Assembly: GCA_043228905.1 (NCBI GenBank)
Contig: JBHGNT010000001.1
Span: forward strand, 30,318,001-30,382,000
Direction of reading: 5' to 3'
DNA from: Azolla caroliniana
Lineage: Eukaryota > Plantae > Polypodiophyta
DNA: 64,000 bases
Positions within the stretch are counted from its first letter, which is position 1, and each line of letters starts with the position of its first letter. Shown piece by piece: positions 12,248 through 24,676 of the stretch. A program made the translations under genes and the position numbers. A model generated the notes under the pieces. That model was given only the letters and a program-made list of their open reading frames with translations, was not told the DNA's origin and did not search any database.

Positions 12248-15200
12248 TGTTGAACAACAGTGCTCGGCCACAACCGAGGAATAGGATCGATTCACAGAAA
12301 ACGGGAAATACACGAAATGCACGTAGACGATAGAGAGAAGGGTACACTGAATGTTTTGCGTGGAAAACCCTAAATGGGAAAAACCACGGGAGTGCAAGAC
12401 TCCAACTATCACTATGCGCGGGAATGTACAAGGGCGAGCTGCAAGGCGACGACCTTGAGCTCGCTGTCCTCGCCACAGGCGGCGGTATTACACAGAGGCG
12501 TCGACCTCTTCCTTCCTCTTTCTCTCTCAATCTCTCTCGGCTGCTCTCACTTCGCTCCCACTTAGTGGAAAACAGAAAAATGAGCAAAAAAAAAAGAAAA
12601 AACTAATAACTGTTTGCCCTAAGTCATATTTATACACATATGACTTTCGGGCTATTTACAAATATAGCCTCAAGGGGCCCTGGCAAACATATTCGCAAAT
12701 ATGTCCCCGCATCCGGATCCCTCTCCGGGTACATTCGTCATCCGGCTCCGTAACCGGGGTCTTCTTCATTCTGCTTCATGCCGGGTACTCTTCATCCTCC
12801 GGTTCCGTAACTGCAACCGGGCTTGCCGTCATTCATTTCCGGACATCCCATCCGGAGGGACCGAAATCCCAACAAACTCCCCCTTCACTTCGGCATGGGA
12901 TGTCTCTCCAACCCGATCCTCTTCCGGCATGCTTCCAGCTTGTCGGGTGTGAGCACTTTGGTCAGCATATCTGAGCCGTTCTCGTCCGTGTGGATCTTCG
13001 TCAGCACGAACTCCTAGTCTTCTATCCTTTCCCGGATCCAGTGATATCTTCGCTGGATGTGCTTCGTCCGGGAGTGATAGGCCGCGTTCTTCGCAAGGTG
13101 GATGGCACTCTGACTGTCGCAGTAGAGTCGGTACTCCTCCTGTCGGATACCGAGCTCTCTAATGAAGTCCTTCATCCATATTATTTCCTTGCCGGCTTCA
13201 ACGGCCGCCATGTACTCCGCCTCCGTGGTTGATAACGCAACCGTCTTCTGCAGCCTCGACTGCCATGAAACAGCTCCCCCTGCATACGTCATCACATACC
13301 CTGATGTGGACCGGCTGGTATCTGCGTCAGCCGACATATCCGAATCGGTGAAGCCGTCGAGTTCGGGCTTACCGGAGCCGAATCGGAGGCACACGTTTGA
13401 TGTGCCCTTTAGGTATCGGAGTATCCACTTGACCGCGTTCCAGTGCTCCTTGCTGGGATTGCTCATGTACCGGCTCACCACTCCGACTGCGTATCCTATG
13501 TCCGGTCTTGTACACACCATTGCGTACATCAAGCTTCCGACGGCAGAGGCATATGGTACTTTCATCATGTCCTCTTTCTCAGCCTTTGTCTTGGGACTTT
13601 GCTTGCTGGACAACTTGCAGTTTGCCGGGAGGGTTGATCCAACCGGTCTTGCTTCCGACATGTTGAACCGTTTAAGCACCTTTGTCACGTACTTCTCTTG
13701 TGACAGCCACAACTGCTTCTTGCTCCGGTCCCAGATGATGTGCATCCCTAGTATTTGCCTCGCCGGACCCAGGTCCTTCATTGAGAAGGTTCGGTAAAGA
13801 GCCTTCTTCAGCATCCGTATCTTAACCTGGTCCCGTCCGACGATCAACATGTCGTCCACGTACAGGAGGAGTATTAGAAAGTCTCCTCCTTCGAACTTCT
13901 TCACAAACACGCAGTGGTCGGACTGCGTTTTGAGGTACCCTTCGTCGGTCATGAAGGAGTCGAACTTCCGGTACCATTGCCAGGGAGCCTGCTTCAGTCC
14001 GTAAAGGCTCTTCTTCAACCGGCATACCAGGTGCTTCTTCCCTTTCTTCTCGAATCCTTCCGGTTGCTGCATGTAGATCTCTTCTTCGAGGTCACCGTGA
14101 AGGAATGCCGTCTTCACGTCCATTTGTTCTACCTCGAGGTCCATGCTTGCCGCTATGCTCAGCACCGTCCGGATGGAGGTCATCTTCACTACCGGGGCAA
14201 ATATCTCATCGAAGTCGACGCCCTTCTTCTGCTGAAACCCCTTCACCACGATCCTGGCTTTGTATCTCGGGGGGTTTCCGGCATCTCCCGGTTTCAGCTT
14301 GAACACCCACTTGTTTCGAAGTGCCCGCTTTCCCTTCGGCAACTCCACAAGTTCATATGTGTGGTTCTCATGCAGGGAATCCATCTCGTCCTGCATGGCA
14401 CTCAACCACCTGCGGCTCTGGGTGTCATGCTTTGCTTCTTCAAGGCTCTCCGGCTCCCCCTCGTCGGTTAGCAGCACGTGCTCTGGTTCCGGAAATCTCC
14501 GGGGGGCCCTTCTCTCTCTTAGAGGATATCTCCGTTCCGGAGCTTCAGTAACCGGTTCTTCCGATTCTTCTTCATTCGAATCCATTTCGGGATCGGGGCC
14601 GGTTCCGGTATCATTTTCATCTTCTTCGGCCGGTTCTGTTTCTTCACCGTCTTCGGCCGGATCCTCGAGTGCTAACCGGTCCCTTGCCGGTCGGGACTGC
14701 TCCTCGTAGAGTTGATCCTCACCGGTCGACTTGGAGCTCTTCATCTTCTTCTCCGACTCCCAGTCGGCGAGTGTCTTGTTCTCCATGAAGATGATATCTC
14801 GACTCCTGAATATCTTCTTGTCGACCGGGTCCCATACTCGGTAGCCGAACTCGTCGTCGCCGTATCCGAGGAATATGCATGGCCGGGTCTTTGGATCTAG
14901 CTTTCCTCTACGGTCCTTTGCCACATGCACGTATGCGAGACACCCGAACACCTTCAGATGCCGGTAGGACACTTCCTTACCGGTCCACACTTTCTGCGGC
15001 GTGTCTCCGTCCAAAGGTACTGAGGGTGATCTGTTTATCACATATGTCGCCGTCGACATTGCCTCAGCCCAAAACCCCTTGGGTAATTTCGCATGCGCCA
15101 GCATACTCCGGACCCTCTCCATTATGGTCCGGTTCATCCTCTCGGCCAGCCCGTTTAGTTCCGGCGTCTTCGGCACAGTAAACTCGAGCCGGATTCCCTT

Positions 15201-17614
15201 CGAGCGACAGTACTCCTGGAACTGCCCTCGGTATTCCCCTCCGTTATCCGCTCGTATCGCTTTCAGCTTCTTGCCGGATTCTCTTTCCACTCTCGCGTGG
15301 AGTTCTTTGAAGACGGACAACACTTGGTCCTTTGTCTTCAACGACGCCGTCCACAGCTTCCGTCTGTGATCATCAATGAAAGTCACGAAGTACTGGGCTC
15401 CGCCATGTGACTTCGTTTCTACCTGACACACATCAGTGTGCACCAACTCCAATGGTGCGCTACGTCTCGTCGGTGGCCTTGAGTGGAAGGAGGTTCGGTT
15501 CTGCTTACCGGCCAGGCAGTCGGTGCACTTCTCCAGGTGCACATGCTTCACTGGAATGAGGTTGTCTTCTGCAAGCCTCTTCATCCCCTTCTCACTCATG
15601 TGGCACAGTCTCTTGTGCCACAACTCACCGGCAGTGTCGGCTGCCACGTTCAGCTCCTCCGGGCATAGCCGGGAATTCATCAGGTACAGTGTGTTGACCT
15701 TCCGGGCCCGAGCCACTATCAGGCTCCCCTTGCTGAACTTCATGACACCGTTCCGGATGCTACCCGTGTAGCCTTCATCATCTAGCCTCCCGGCCGAGAT
15801 CAGGTTCAATCGGACCTCCGGAACGTGTCACACATCCTTCAGCAGCATCTTGCATCCGGTTGATGTCATCAGCCACACGTCTCCTATGCCGGCAATCCGG
15901 CATGTGCCTTCATTTCCCATCCGGACACAGCCATGCTCACCGGCTGTGTAGGACGAGAAGTATTTCTTCTCCGGGGTCAGGTGGAACGACGCTCCGGAAT
16001 CGACCACCCAGGTCATCTCTACACCGGCAAGGTTCAGCTCCCTCTCTTCGGTAATGAGCATTATCTCTTCTTCACTTGCCGCGAGTGCCGTCGTTCCTTT
16101 CCGGTCCTGCCCTCGCCGATCCGGACCTCTCCAGTCCGTGGCTCCCCGGTATGCACCGTTTCTCTCCGGTGACTTCTTCGAATCGGTGTCGTCGGCTCCG
16201 CTGTCCTTTCGGTAATGCCGACAATTCTTCCGGAAGTGCCCCGGCTTCCCACAGTGGAAGCATGTGGGCCTTCCTCTTGACTGCGACCGGGTCCCCGACT
16301 TCTCCCGTCTTTGCGGACTCCGGTTCCATTGTCTTCCCCGATCCGATTCGGTAAGCAGCATCTTCGAGTCGGAGGCCGGTTCTTTATCTCTCCGACGCGC
16401 TTCTTCGTTCAAAATACTTGTCTTTACCGTTTGTAGAGACAAGTTATCTTCGGTGCAGGAGGTGCTGAGAGTCACCACCAAGTTCTCCCAGCTTTCCGGT
16501 AATGTACACATCAAAATGATGGCTTGCATTGCATCCTCCAACGGGAACTTGATCGCCGCAAGCTGGTTCACGAATCCCATGAACGTGCTCACGTGTTCCA
16601 CCATATTCTCGCCGTCCCGGTACTTGAGGTTCACTATCTTCCTCATCAGGGAGGTCCGGTTCAACGCATTCTTCCTCTCGTAGAGGCCCGACAGCTTCTT
16701 CCACATCTCATATGCGTTGGTGTCGTTCGCCACATGTTGCAGAACACTTACATCTACATATTGCCGGATCGTCGCTACGGCTTTCCGGTTCAGGAGCTTC
16801 CACTCCGACTCTATTACCCCCTTGGGTATCTCGGCATTGTCGATCGGTTCGTATAGGTCTCGGACGATGAGGAGGTCTTCCATCTTTATCTTCCAGTCGG
16901 CGTAGTTCTGTGAGTTCAACACCATCATGCCCGGAGGCCCACTACCGCCGCCTTCCATTTTCTGTGTTACCGTCGCTCTGATACCACTTTGTTGAACAAC
17001 AGTGCTCGGCCACAACCGAGGAATAGGATCGATTCACAGAAAACGGGAAATACACGAAATGCACGTAGACGATAGAGAGAAGGGTACACTGAATGTTTTG
17101 CGTGGAAAACCCTAAATGGGAAAAACCACGGGAGTGCAAGACTCCAACTATCACTATGCGCGGGAATGTACAAGGGCGAGCTGCAAGGCGACGACCTTGA
17201 GCTCGCTGTCCTCGCCACAGGCGGCGGTATTACACAGAGGCGTCGACCTCTTCCTTCCTCTTTCTCTCTCAATCTCTCTCGGCTGCTCTCACTTCGCGTC
17301 CACTTAGTGGAAAACAGAAAAATGAGCAAAAAAAAGAAAAAACTAATAACTGTTTGCCCTAAGTCATATTTATACACATATGACTTTCGGGCTATTTACA
17401 AATATAGCCTCAAGGGGCCCTGGCAAACATATTCGCAAATATGTCCCCGCATCCGGATCCCTCTCCGGGTACATTCGTCATCCGGCTCCGTAACCGGGGT
17501 CTTCTTCATTCTGCTTCATGTCGGGTACTCTTCATCCTCCGGTTCCGTAACCGCAACCGGGCTTGCCGTCATTCATTTCCGGACATCCCATCCGGAGGGA
17601 CCGAAATCCCAACA
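12248..17614 (-). mobile_element. Element C: full-length Ty1/copia (Tnt1/Tork-like), recent insertion
   Basis: LTRs 12248-12874 and 16990-17614 (about 4 substitutions plus a 2-bp indel); TSD CGATG (12243-12247 / 17615-17619); tRNA-iMet PBS TGGTATCAGAGC at 16975-16986; PPT at 12875-12886. Confidence 0.97.
12885..16958 (-). pseudogene. Copia gag-PR-IN-RT-RH polyprotein with two in-frame stops (15828, 13014)
   Basis: CFHCGKPGHFRKNC, WVVDSGAS, LWHKRLCH, LVHTDVC, MDVKTAFLHG, LLYVDDML, YCDSQSAI, SDMLTK. Confidence 0.95.
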
Positions 17615-17929
17615 CGATGCCAGACGATAACGAAGATGAATGGATCACGGAGATGACCCATTTTCTTAGTACCGGCCTACCTCCCGAGCACATGCCCCTT
17701 GACGCGAGGAAACGCCTAGCAGTACGCAGCCGGAATTTTTGCCTCGTCTCGGACATTCTTTACCACAAAGGTTCGAACGGCATATGGCGCCGAGCGATTC
17801 AACATTTCGAGAAGAACGCCGTTCTTCAGGAGGCCCACCAGGGAGTAGCGGGGGGACATTACGCCGGGGATTCCACGACAAGGAAGGTTTAGCAAAGCGG
17901 ATTGTGGTGGCCGACAACGAAGAAAGATG

Positions 17930-18576
17930 TGACGGGAACTCGACGTTCCTTATGTCCGATGCTCGGCCACAACCAAGATTCTTTTGATACACAGAAAAAC
18001 AGGTAATGAAACGCGACACAAAGGGGAGAAATGGTACACAGGAGGTTTACGTGGAAAACCCCAAAATAGGGGAAAAACCACGGCAGCCCACAGGCTGCAA
18101 ACTGTCACTATGTAGGAGTATACAATAGTGAGTTCACTGAGGCAACGACCTCGTGCTCTCAGATCTTCGCCACAGGCGGCGGTTACAACAGAGGCAACGA
18201 CCTCGTCTCTCTCTCTCTCTCTCTGTACAGTTACGCGCTCTCGCTTCTTCCTTTTCCAACAAGGAAGAATAACAACAACAAAAAAAACAACACAACTAAA
18301 AGTTTGCCCTAAGTCATATTTATACTAATATGACTTTTCGGCTATTTACAAATGTAGCCTCGATGGGCTCTCAGAAACATATTTACGAATATGTCTCTTC
18401 CTCCGGTTCATACCGGGCCTACACCATCCGGCTCTCCGCAGTCGGGTACTCCCCATCCGGTTCATACCGGGCCTACACCATCCGGCTCTCCGCAGTCGGG
18501 TACTCCCCATTCGGTTCATACCGTTCTTCGGCACTGTTCTTCTTCCTTCCCATCCGGAGGGACCTGTTTCCCAACA
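17930..18576 (-). mobile_element. Copia solo LTR inserted in B integrase
   Basis: TG...CA termini, TSD AGATG (17925-17929 / 18577-18581); shares its core with the C LTRs; contains ~54-bp tandem repeats. Confidence 0.92.
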
Positions 18577-20137
18577 AGATGCTCACGAGTTTTGCCGACA
18601 GTGCGATTTGTGCCAACAATTGGGGCAACCAATGGAACAATCATGGATGCCACACCAGCCGATTCTCCCGTTGGACCCATTTAAAAAATGGGGTTTGGAT
18701 TTTGTAGGCCCTTTCAAGCCACCCGCGGCCCGTATAGGGAATAGGTATATTATCATTGCCACGGACTACTGCACCAAATGGGTCGAGGCTAAAGCTCTCC
18801 AAGACAACACGATGACATCCACAGCTAAATTCGTGTACGGGCATCTTTGGTGCCGTTACGGATGCCCAATCGAGCTCGTTAGTGACCAAGGTGGACACTT
18901 CATCAATCATATAATACGTGAGCTTACACACCACTACGCGGTGGTGCACAAGAAAAGCACACCATACTACCCGCAGGCGAACGGCTTGGCGGAATCGACC
19001 AATAAAATCCTCCAAACCATACTGAAAAAAATCGTCAATGAAAACAGGACCAATTGGGATGACAAACTCCAGAACGCACTGTGGGCGTATCGTACGACTT
19101 TCAAAACAAGCATCCAATCAACCCCCTTTCGAATGGCATTTGGGTTAGAAGCCATAATGCCCGTCGAGTTCCAAGTCCCGAGCCTCCGAGTTCAAGTCAA
19201 AACACGGATCCCCGAGGCCCAATCCGAGCAAAATACCGGTTGGAACAACTCCTCGAACTCGGCGAAGACAGGATAGAGAGTATGGCCCAGCTCGAACTAC
19301 GCCAACGACAACGCAAGGCTTTCGTGGATCGACATCGAAACGGGTTGGAGAAGGAGCTCACTATCGGCAAACCTGTTCTTCTTTTTCAAACACGACTCGG
19401 GTCAATGTCGGGAAAATTAAGATTTCAGTGGACCAGTCCATTCTGGATTATCGACGAGTTCAACGGGAAGTTCCAGCTCGGCACACTCGCCGGGGACACT
19501 ATCAAAAGCTGGGCCAATGGTTTCCGACTTCGACCATATCGAGGCACTACACCACCCAACCCGTTTACTGAGCCACACGGCACAAACGAGTTTTGGGAGA
19601 CCACCACGGAGGAGGCCACGTGTCCCCCTTAATAAGGACTCACCCACCTTTTTGAAATTAATAAAGTAGGTAGGATTAACCATAGTTTAGCCGCCGATTA
19701 ACTACACCTACACCACCCACCTAGGCACCCACAATTTAGGAGCACCCCTAGCCACCTCTCATTTAGTACCTATTTAAGCACATGCAAAGCACTCAAAGCA
19801 CCCCACTCACCTTCAGGACACATGGCGCTAGTCACTTATTATGGCACCCACGACTTAGAATCTTCATGATTCGCTTCGGGCACAAAACCCTAGGAGTAAG
19901 TTACTAAAACCGTTTCCAAAACGCAGCACATACATGAAGTTCATTATCGCTCCCAACCTCCATCGCTCTCAAGCTCAGAAGCCCCTTCTCGCTCTCATCG
20001 CTCTAAACGCTCTTGCTCTCAAGCCCTCTTTCGCTCTCATAGCCCCTTTGCCGAGCTTCCCCTTCCTGCTGTTCCTCCTCTGTCTCATCACTCTTCCTCA
20101 CTCTTCCACACAGTCAAACCCCGTCTCCATCTCCACC

Positions 20138-23100
20138 ATGCCTCTTACCGCTTCAACAGAAACCCGTGCCTGGCTCCAGGAACGAGGAATGGGCGGTTAC
20201 CTGAAGATCATCGATGCCCCCGCGCACCCGGATGCCCAAGGAGTGGCTAGACGTATTTGTCCCGAAGCCATCACCAACAACGTGCTTCGGGCTGCTTTGG
20301 ACCTGCAACGGGGAGGGGACCATGAGGTCGACATACCCCCGTCATCGAAGCTGAAAGAGTACTTCGGTGAGTACTCAGCCTCAGGGAAGGCATATTGCAC
20401 GTATGGCGGTCCCAACAGAGCTTTCAGGGAGATTGCTCGTATATTGATGGAGTATGCGTTCGTGCATACGAACCCGACGAGCATGCCGCAGAACAAGGCA
20501 GCCATCATCATCAGCGCGTATGAAGGAAACAGAGTCGATTGGGGTATCATCACAGGAGAAGGACTCCGCGCCGCCTTAACCTCATTCCAGTCAGGTAAGA
20601 AGATGTTGTCTGTTCTTACCCACTTTTTGATGGTTCTATACCCACCCTCTTCTCTTCCTTCCCCTCAGACACTCACGTCCCCACCACCACCACGAAGGCA
20701 GAGAGAGAAATTGGTTGCCATCAGCCACGAAGCATGGGAGGAGTCCACACCGCCTTCACCTCCTGCTGCCGACCAAAACCCCGCATCGGCACCACCACCC
20801 ACCCAACCCCAACAAAAACAGGCAGTTTCCGAGACCTGCCAAGAATGGGAGGAGGAAATAGCCACGGAGGACAACACGACAGACGATGTCACCATTCGAC
20901 AGCTAACTCCGCGTCCCTCCGTAACTCCCCCAGAGCCTAGCCCACGCCTCAACACGCAGCAGGCAACACCACCACGACCCCAGAAAAGGAAGCAGGCGGA
21001 GGAAACGACACCATTGGCCCCGGAACCCCAAACCCAGCCGTGCAAGAAAAGACGACTCAACCGCGAGTCCTCGGCAGAACAAAAAGAGCCACAACAGGAG
21101 CAAGCCTTAGTTGTCAGCCAGAGCAACCTGGCCATCATCCCTGAGGAGGCATCGCTGAACCAGGGAAAGATCGAGCATGGGCAGACAACGCAGATCTCGG
21201 AGGATGAAGTCCTCGGTTATAAAGACCTCCCTGCGGAGGCATACGAATTTAGTGCGCTCCTACGCCTCGGTACGATATTCGAGCTGGTCAACTTCCTCGC
21301 CAGAGCCCAAGTCGCGGCAGCCGCTCGAATGGCGGAAGAGCACGCCGAAACAAAAATGATTCAACGCGCGCTATTAGGTGAAATTGAGCCCAAGGACGAC
21401 AGGGCTTTACAAAAAATAGGGAGGAAGAAGTAGGCAAAACAGGCCGCTCTCCTCATGGAGGTCCCCGAGTTGAACACGGCCCTTATCGAGGCGTATAGAG
21501 ACTTGGATCGCACTACGCGGGCAGCCAAAGACATGGCCCGAAAGATAAAAACAACCCAAAAACAGGCTAAGGTGGCTACGGAATTATGGCACGCTGCGAA
21601 ACGGAAACTGGTAGCCTGGGAGCAAAACTGACCGGAACAACAACTCTTGAGCCTTCTGGCCACGACCAGCGAGGCCCTCCCAACCACTCCACGCATAACA
21701 ATGATAGATGAAAGCACCGTCACGGATTCAATCCTGACGATCCAAGCCAGCACACTAACGGACTCGTTACAAATGGTCGATGCCTGCACAACAACCGAGG
21801 CGGCCACGCCCATGGAGAAGACCGAGATACCACCCCCTCGTCCACCCAAGGAGGTGCAACCCAGACAGAACCCCCGCTCCGGGATTACCGAGCCGAGCTT
21901 AAAGAAGAACAACGGCGGACCGAGAGACACGAACAACGACATCAAGAGGCCATGGCTCGCTTAAAAGAAGAAGCTTCCAAACAGATGACCAAGATTAGAG
22001 CCCATGCCGACCAAAGGATACACGAGCAGAACGAAGCACTGGGCCGGGTATAAGCGCAAGCCGCGGGCAAAGAAGCAGAACTCAAAAGCAAGCTGGAGGA
22101 ATACGCGGCCACAATGGCAGAGAAAGAGAAGGAGGTCCTAGACCTACAGGCCGCGCTCAACAATCCGAAAGACCGGAACCACCGGCAAGAGGAAAGAAAT
22201 CGCCAATGGGAGGAGCAAATGATCGCGGAGAATGCCAAGCTGCAGAGTCAGCGTACGACCCTTAAAGAAATGGCTGACGAGTTTTTCATCAAATGCAAGC
22301 TACTTTCGGAGCAAAAAGACGAATTATCTGATTCCTACTTCGCCCTCCAAGAAGAGAGAATCGTCGAACGGGAACAAGTCCGGGCCACGTGTCAAAAAGA
22401 ATGGGAGAAAGCTACCGAAGGGCTCACCAAGCATTACGAGCAGTCTATCCAACTCGTAACCGCGGACGCAAAGAACACTCAAGCCACCTATGAACTACTC
22501 GCAAAGAAGCTTCAGGCCGAGGTCAACGGCTTAAAAGAGGAATTGGCAGCCGTCCGAGCACAACCCGGCATGGATGAGACACGCATCAGAATACTGATCG
22601 AGAAATAGCGCCAACACCTCACCAAAAGGTCGAGGAAACATTAAGTCGCGGAGGAGAAGAATGGGCAACCCAAGCTGCCGAATTGCATATTTTACGCGCC
22701 GACACCGAGAACCGACGGAAGGAGGGCCGCGGCTTTTACAAAATGGACGAAGCCAGCATACAAAACCTCCGTGCAGATTTAATCGAGGATTACCGGTCCT
22801 TGGCAAAATCTCACACCGCGGTAATCGAGCAAATGTTGGAGGACTTCAATGATGATCAGATGCTGTTTCGCCTGGAAGCAGAAGCCCTCGAACGAGAACG
22901 ACTCGCAGCCATCCCAACCAGCCCTCCAATGGCCACAGAGCAGAAGGAAGAACCTCCCAGCGAGGAGATCACGGACACGGCACAACAGGAACTCGCCCCG
23001 GCCAACAGACCTCCCGAGGACGCCCACACGGTACCAGATCCAGTCGAAGTAGAGGTCAGCGCCCTCGAACCCACACCACCACCAGAAGAATCGGCCACAC

Positions 23101-23231
23101 CTGAGGCGGATGCCCGAGAGGATATGACAACCCCGGACCAAACTCAACCCCCCGCACCGACAGTCCAACCAGACCACCCTGCCACCACCCCGGACCCCGA
23201 AAACATCCTCGACATCTTAGAAGAGGAATGA
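20138..23231 (+). pseudogene. Extra 3' ORF of element B (~1000 codons, decayed), function unknown
   Basis: Fragments 19934-21433, 21647-21964, 22114-22608 and 22683-23231 lie between pol and the 3' LTR. Likely start CCACCATG at 20138; globular N-terminus, P/Q/T-rich linker, long coiled-coil-like stretch, acidic tail. Confidence 0.75.
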
Positions 23232-23329
23232 AACAAGGGTCACGCCTAAAAGGCAATTTTTGTAATGTTGTTAGTATTTTGTAAGTCGTGGGTCTGACGG
23301 ACAAGGTCCTGTCCCACGGGCGTGCCAGG

Positions 23330-23823
23330 TGTTGTCCAGAGGACAGAAATATAGAATTAGGAAATTAGCAAACAACGGTAGTGTAACCGAGTAGGAAAGA
23401 ACGCCAGCGAGCGCCGAGTCCGAGTATCACGGGCCACCGACGGCTCGGCTGTGTATTAGGGGAAACGTTATTTAAACGAGGTCCAGTACCTCAGAGCGAG
23501 AGCAGAAAATATAGGCGGAAGCACTAGCTTAGTCCATCGTAACTAGATAATCCTGTAAGGTCACCGGCCGTAGGCCGTGTTCTATAATCCTTTTGGTGTT
23601 GCAGTAATATATCTGATTTGTGCCCATTTTGCTCCATGTGTCTGCGCTTTGGCTCATACTTATGATTTCAGCGCCGCCCACGCCTATCAAGATCTCGCTA
23701 GTGTTTTATCTCTGATCATTTTCTCCCTCACGACGCCTCTGTTACGAGCCTTCACGTACCACGCCCTTGGATACCAATAGCCGCATGCCTATCGAAGGTG
23801 TTCACCCAAAGGAACGGGTAACA
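23330..23823 (+). repeat. 3' LTR of element B
   Basis: Repeat of 7682-8175, followed by the TSD TATTT. Confidence 0.95.
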
Positions 23824-24656
23824 TATTTTTCTCAAATAACCCAATACCTGTTAGGAAACAGGTCCCTCTGGATGGGAAGTGAGAAGAACAAAGTTGATGA
23901 GCAACTCGGCCGAGGCCGAATCCGGATGTGGAGGACCCGGCAACGGAAGACCCGGTGAGAACCGGATGATGAGTACCCGGCAAGGAAGGCCCAGTGAGAA
24001 CCGGATGACGAGTACCCGGCAACAGAAGGCCCGGTGAGAACCGGATGACGAGTACCCGGCAACAGAAGGCCCGGTGAGAACCGGATGACGAGTACTCATC
24101 GGATGAAGGGACATAAACCCTATGTTTCTGAGAGTCCTTTGGGGCTATATTTGTAAATAGCCGAAAAGTCATATTAGTATAAATATGACTTAGGGCAAAC
24201 TTAGTGTGCTGTAGTCGTCATTCTTGTTGGTGCAAAATTTGAGTGCGTAACTGTGTAGAGAGAGAGAGAGAGAGGAAGAGGTCATTGCCTTTGTTGTAAC
24301 CGCCGCCTATGGCGAAGATAGCAAGCTTGAGGTTGTTGCCTCGGTGCTTTACTATTGTACATTGTGACTTAGTGCTAGTTTGCAGTTTGTGGGCTGCCGT
24401 GGTTTTTCCCTAGTTTGGGTTTTCCAGGTAAACATCCTGTGTACTCTTCTCTTCACTGTGTCGTACTTCCATTACCCGTTTTCTGTGTTTTATCCTAGGC
24501 TCGGTTGTGGCTGTCATGATATGGCAAGACTCGAACCCATGACCTTAGGTTATATGGGTCGAGCTCTTGACCATTAGACCATCTATTGTAATACGTAGAA
24601 TATTATTTTCATTTACATTTTATTATAGGAAATTAGTGTATATTCCAGATTTCTCT

Positions 24657-24676
24657 AGAACATTCTAGAAGCTTCA
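24657..24676 (+). promoter_or_regulatory. Four-unit heat-shock element upstream of the TATA box in the D LTR (second copy at about 29879-29898)
   Basis: aGAAcaTTCtaGAAgcTTCa fits nGAAnnTTCnnGAAnnTTCn; TATAAAA at 24696-24702. Confidence 0.7.

Larger units (their letters stand above)
8367..19632 (+). pseudogene. Element B gag-pol, decayed and interrupted by copia C and a solo LTR
   Basis: Same-frame fragments at 8367, 9693, 10068, 11139, 11646 and 11982. Three CCHC-like knuckles; PR IIDGGSGVN; RT YSFLDGFSGYNQI and VFLDD; RH FVDASNIAIG; IN WGLDFVGP, SDQG, NGLAESTN. Confidence 0.9.
7682..23823 (+). mobile_element. Element B: non-chromovirus (Athila-like) Ty3/gypsy with an extra 3' ORF
   Basis: 494-bp LTRs 7682-8175 and 23330-23823 differing at about a dozen sites; TSD TATTT (7677-7681 / 23824-23828); PBS TGGCACGCCCGGT at 8181. 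Confidence 0.95.

Noticed and set aside
13162-16905. Many overlapping antisense or alternative-frame ORFs (also throughout 39-62 kb)
   Set aside because: They are shadow ORFs of GC-rich retrotransposon coding sequence with no independent evidence.
19934-20137. Hydrophobic N-terminus suggesting a signal peptide or env protein
   Set aside because: It is the translation of a CT-rich low-complexity tract; the start at 20138 has better context.
23952-24100. Regularly spaced repeats resembling a CRISPR array (also about 18402 and 54894)
   Set aside because: They are head-to-tail tandem units with no unique spacers, inside copia LTRs, and no cas genes are present.
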